Assembly (NCBI RefSeq): GCF_006345805.1
Contig: NC_043013.1
Location: forward strand, 30,876,001-30,940,000
Reading direction: 5' to 3'
Length of the DNA: 64,000 bases
Origin: Octopus sinensis
Lineage: Eukaryota
A program made the translations under genes and the position numbers. Under the pieces are notes generated by a model. That model made no database searches and had not been told where the DNA came from. It worked only from the letters and a program-made list of their open reading frames with translations. How positions within the stretch are numbered: position 1 is the stretch's first letter; each line of letters starts with the position of its first letter. Positions 63,691 to 64,000 of the stretch are shown piece by piece.

Positions 63691-64000
63691 CATACACACA
63701 CACGTACGTACATTCAGGAGTGTAATAATGAAATAAACAAACGTGTTTCAAGAGGAAACAGCTGGCATTTAAACCTACCTACCTATTTCGCTATCTATGT
63801 ACCTATATCTGCATGTTGTTAATCATGGAACGAATTAAGAAGAAAGAAAAGAAAAAAAGTGTCTTGTCTTCTCTTATTTTATAGTTAATCCAGCCTGGTA
63901 CACACATGTGCGCGTATATATGTATATATAAATAAATATACACAGGTTTCTATTTATGCAAACAATCACGCACAGACTTACATAATCTTACACACACACA

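Overview
AT-rich eukaryotic, apparently non-genic DNA. The repeat families and the density of (TA)n/(CA)n/(TAGA)n/(TAA)n microsatellites suggest an octopod cephalopod; this is an inference. I found no host protein-coding gene, and most ORF-track entries are microsatellite or antisense artefacts. The window is a layered archive of mobile elements. (1) A near-full-length CR1-group LINE at about 34.8-39.8 kb has an uninterrupted APE-RT ORF2, an unusual ORF1 (Myb/SANT-trihelix-like N-terminus plus CCCH finger) and a 1 kb tandem-repeat leader. (2) A second copy of that family has a textbook 5'-inversion (twin-priming) structure at 29.9-33.7 kb, and there are three further CR1 fragments. (3) R4/Dong-clade restriction-like-endonuclease (RLE) retrotransposon fragments are nested in a TAA microsatellite at 1-3 kb. 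(4) A near-perfect 1.1 kb palindrome at 50.4-51.6 kb carries a complete type I hammerhead ribozyme fold of the Penelope-like kind, and two smaller or older foldbacks have degenerate cores. (5) There are at least four tRNA-derived SINE families, one sharing a covarying 3' hairpin with the CR1 LINE. (6) There is also a mini-Helitron, a DD37D (maT) transposase remnant, a MITE and several unclassified structured repeats. SINE labels A-D are my own working names. All alignments and domain calls were made by eye.
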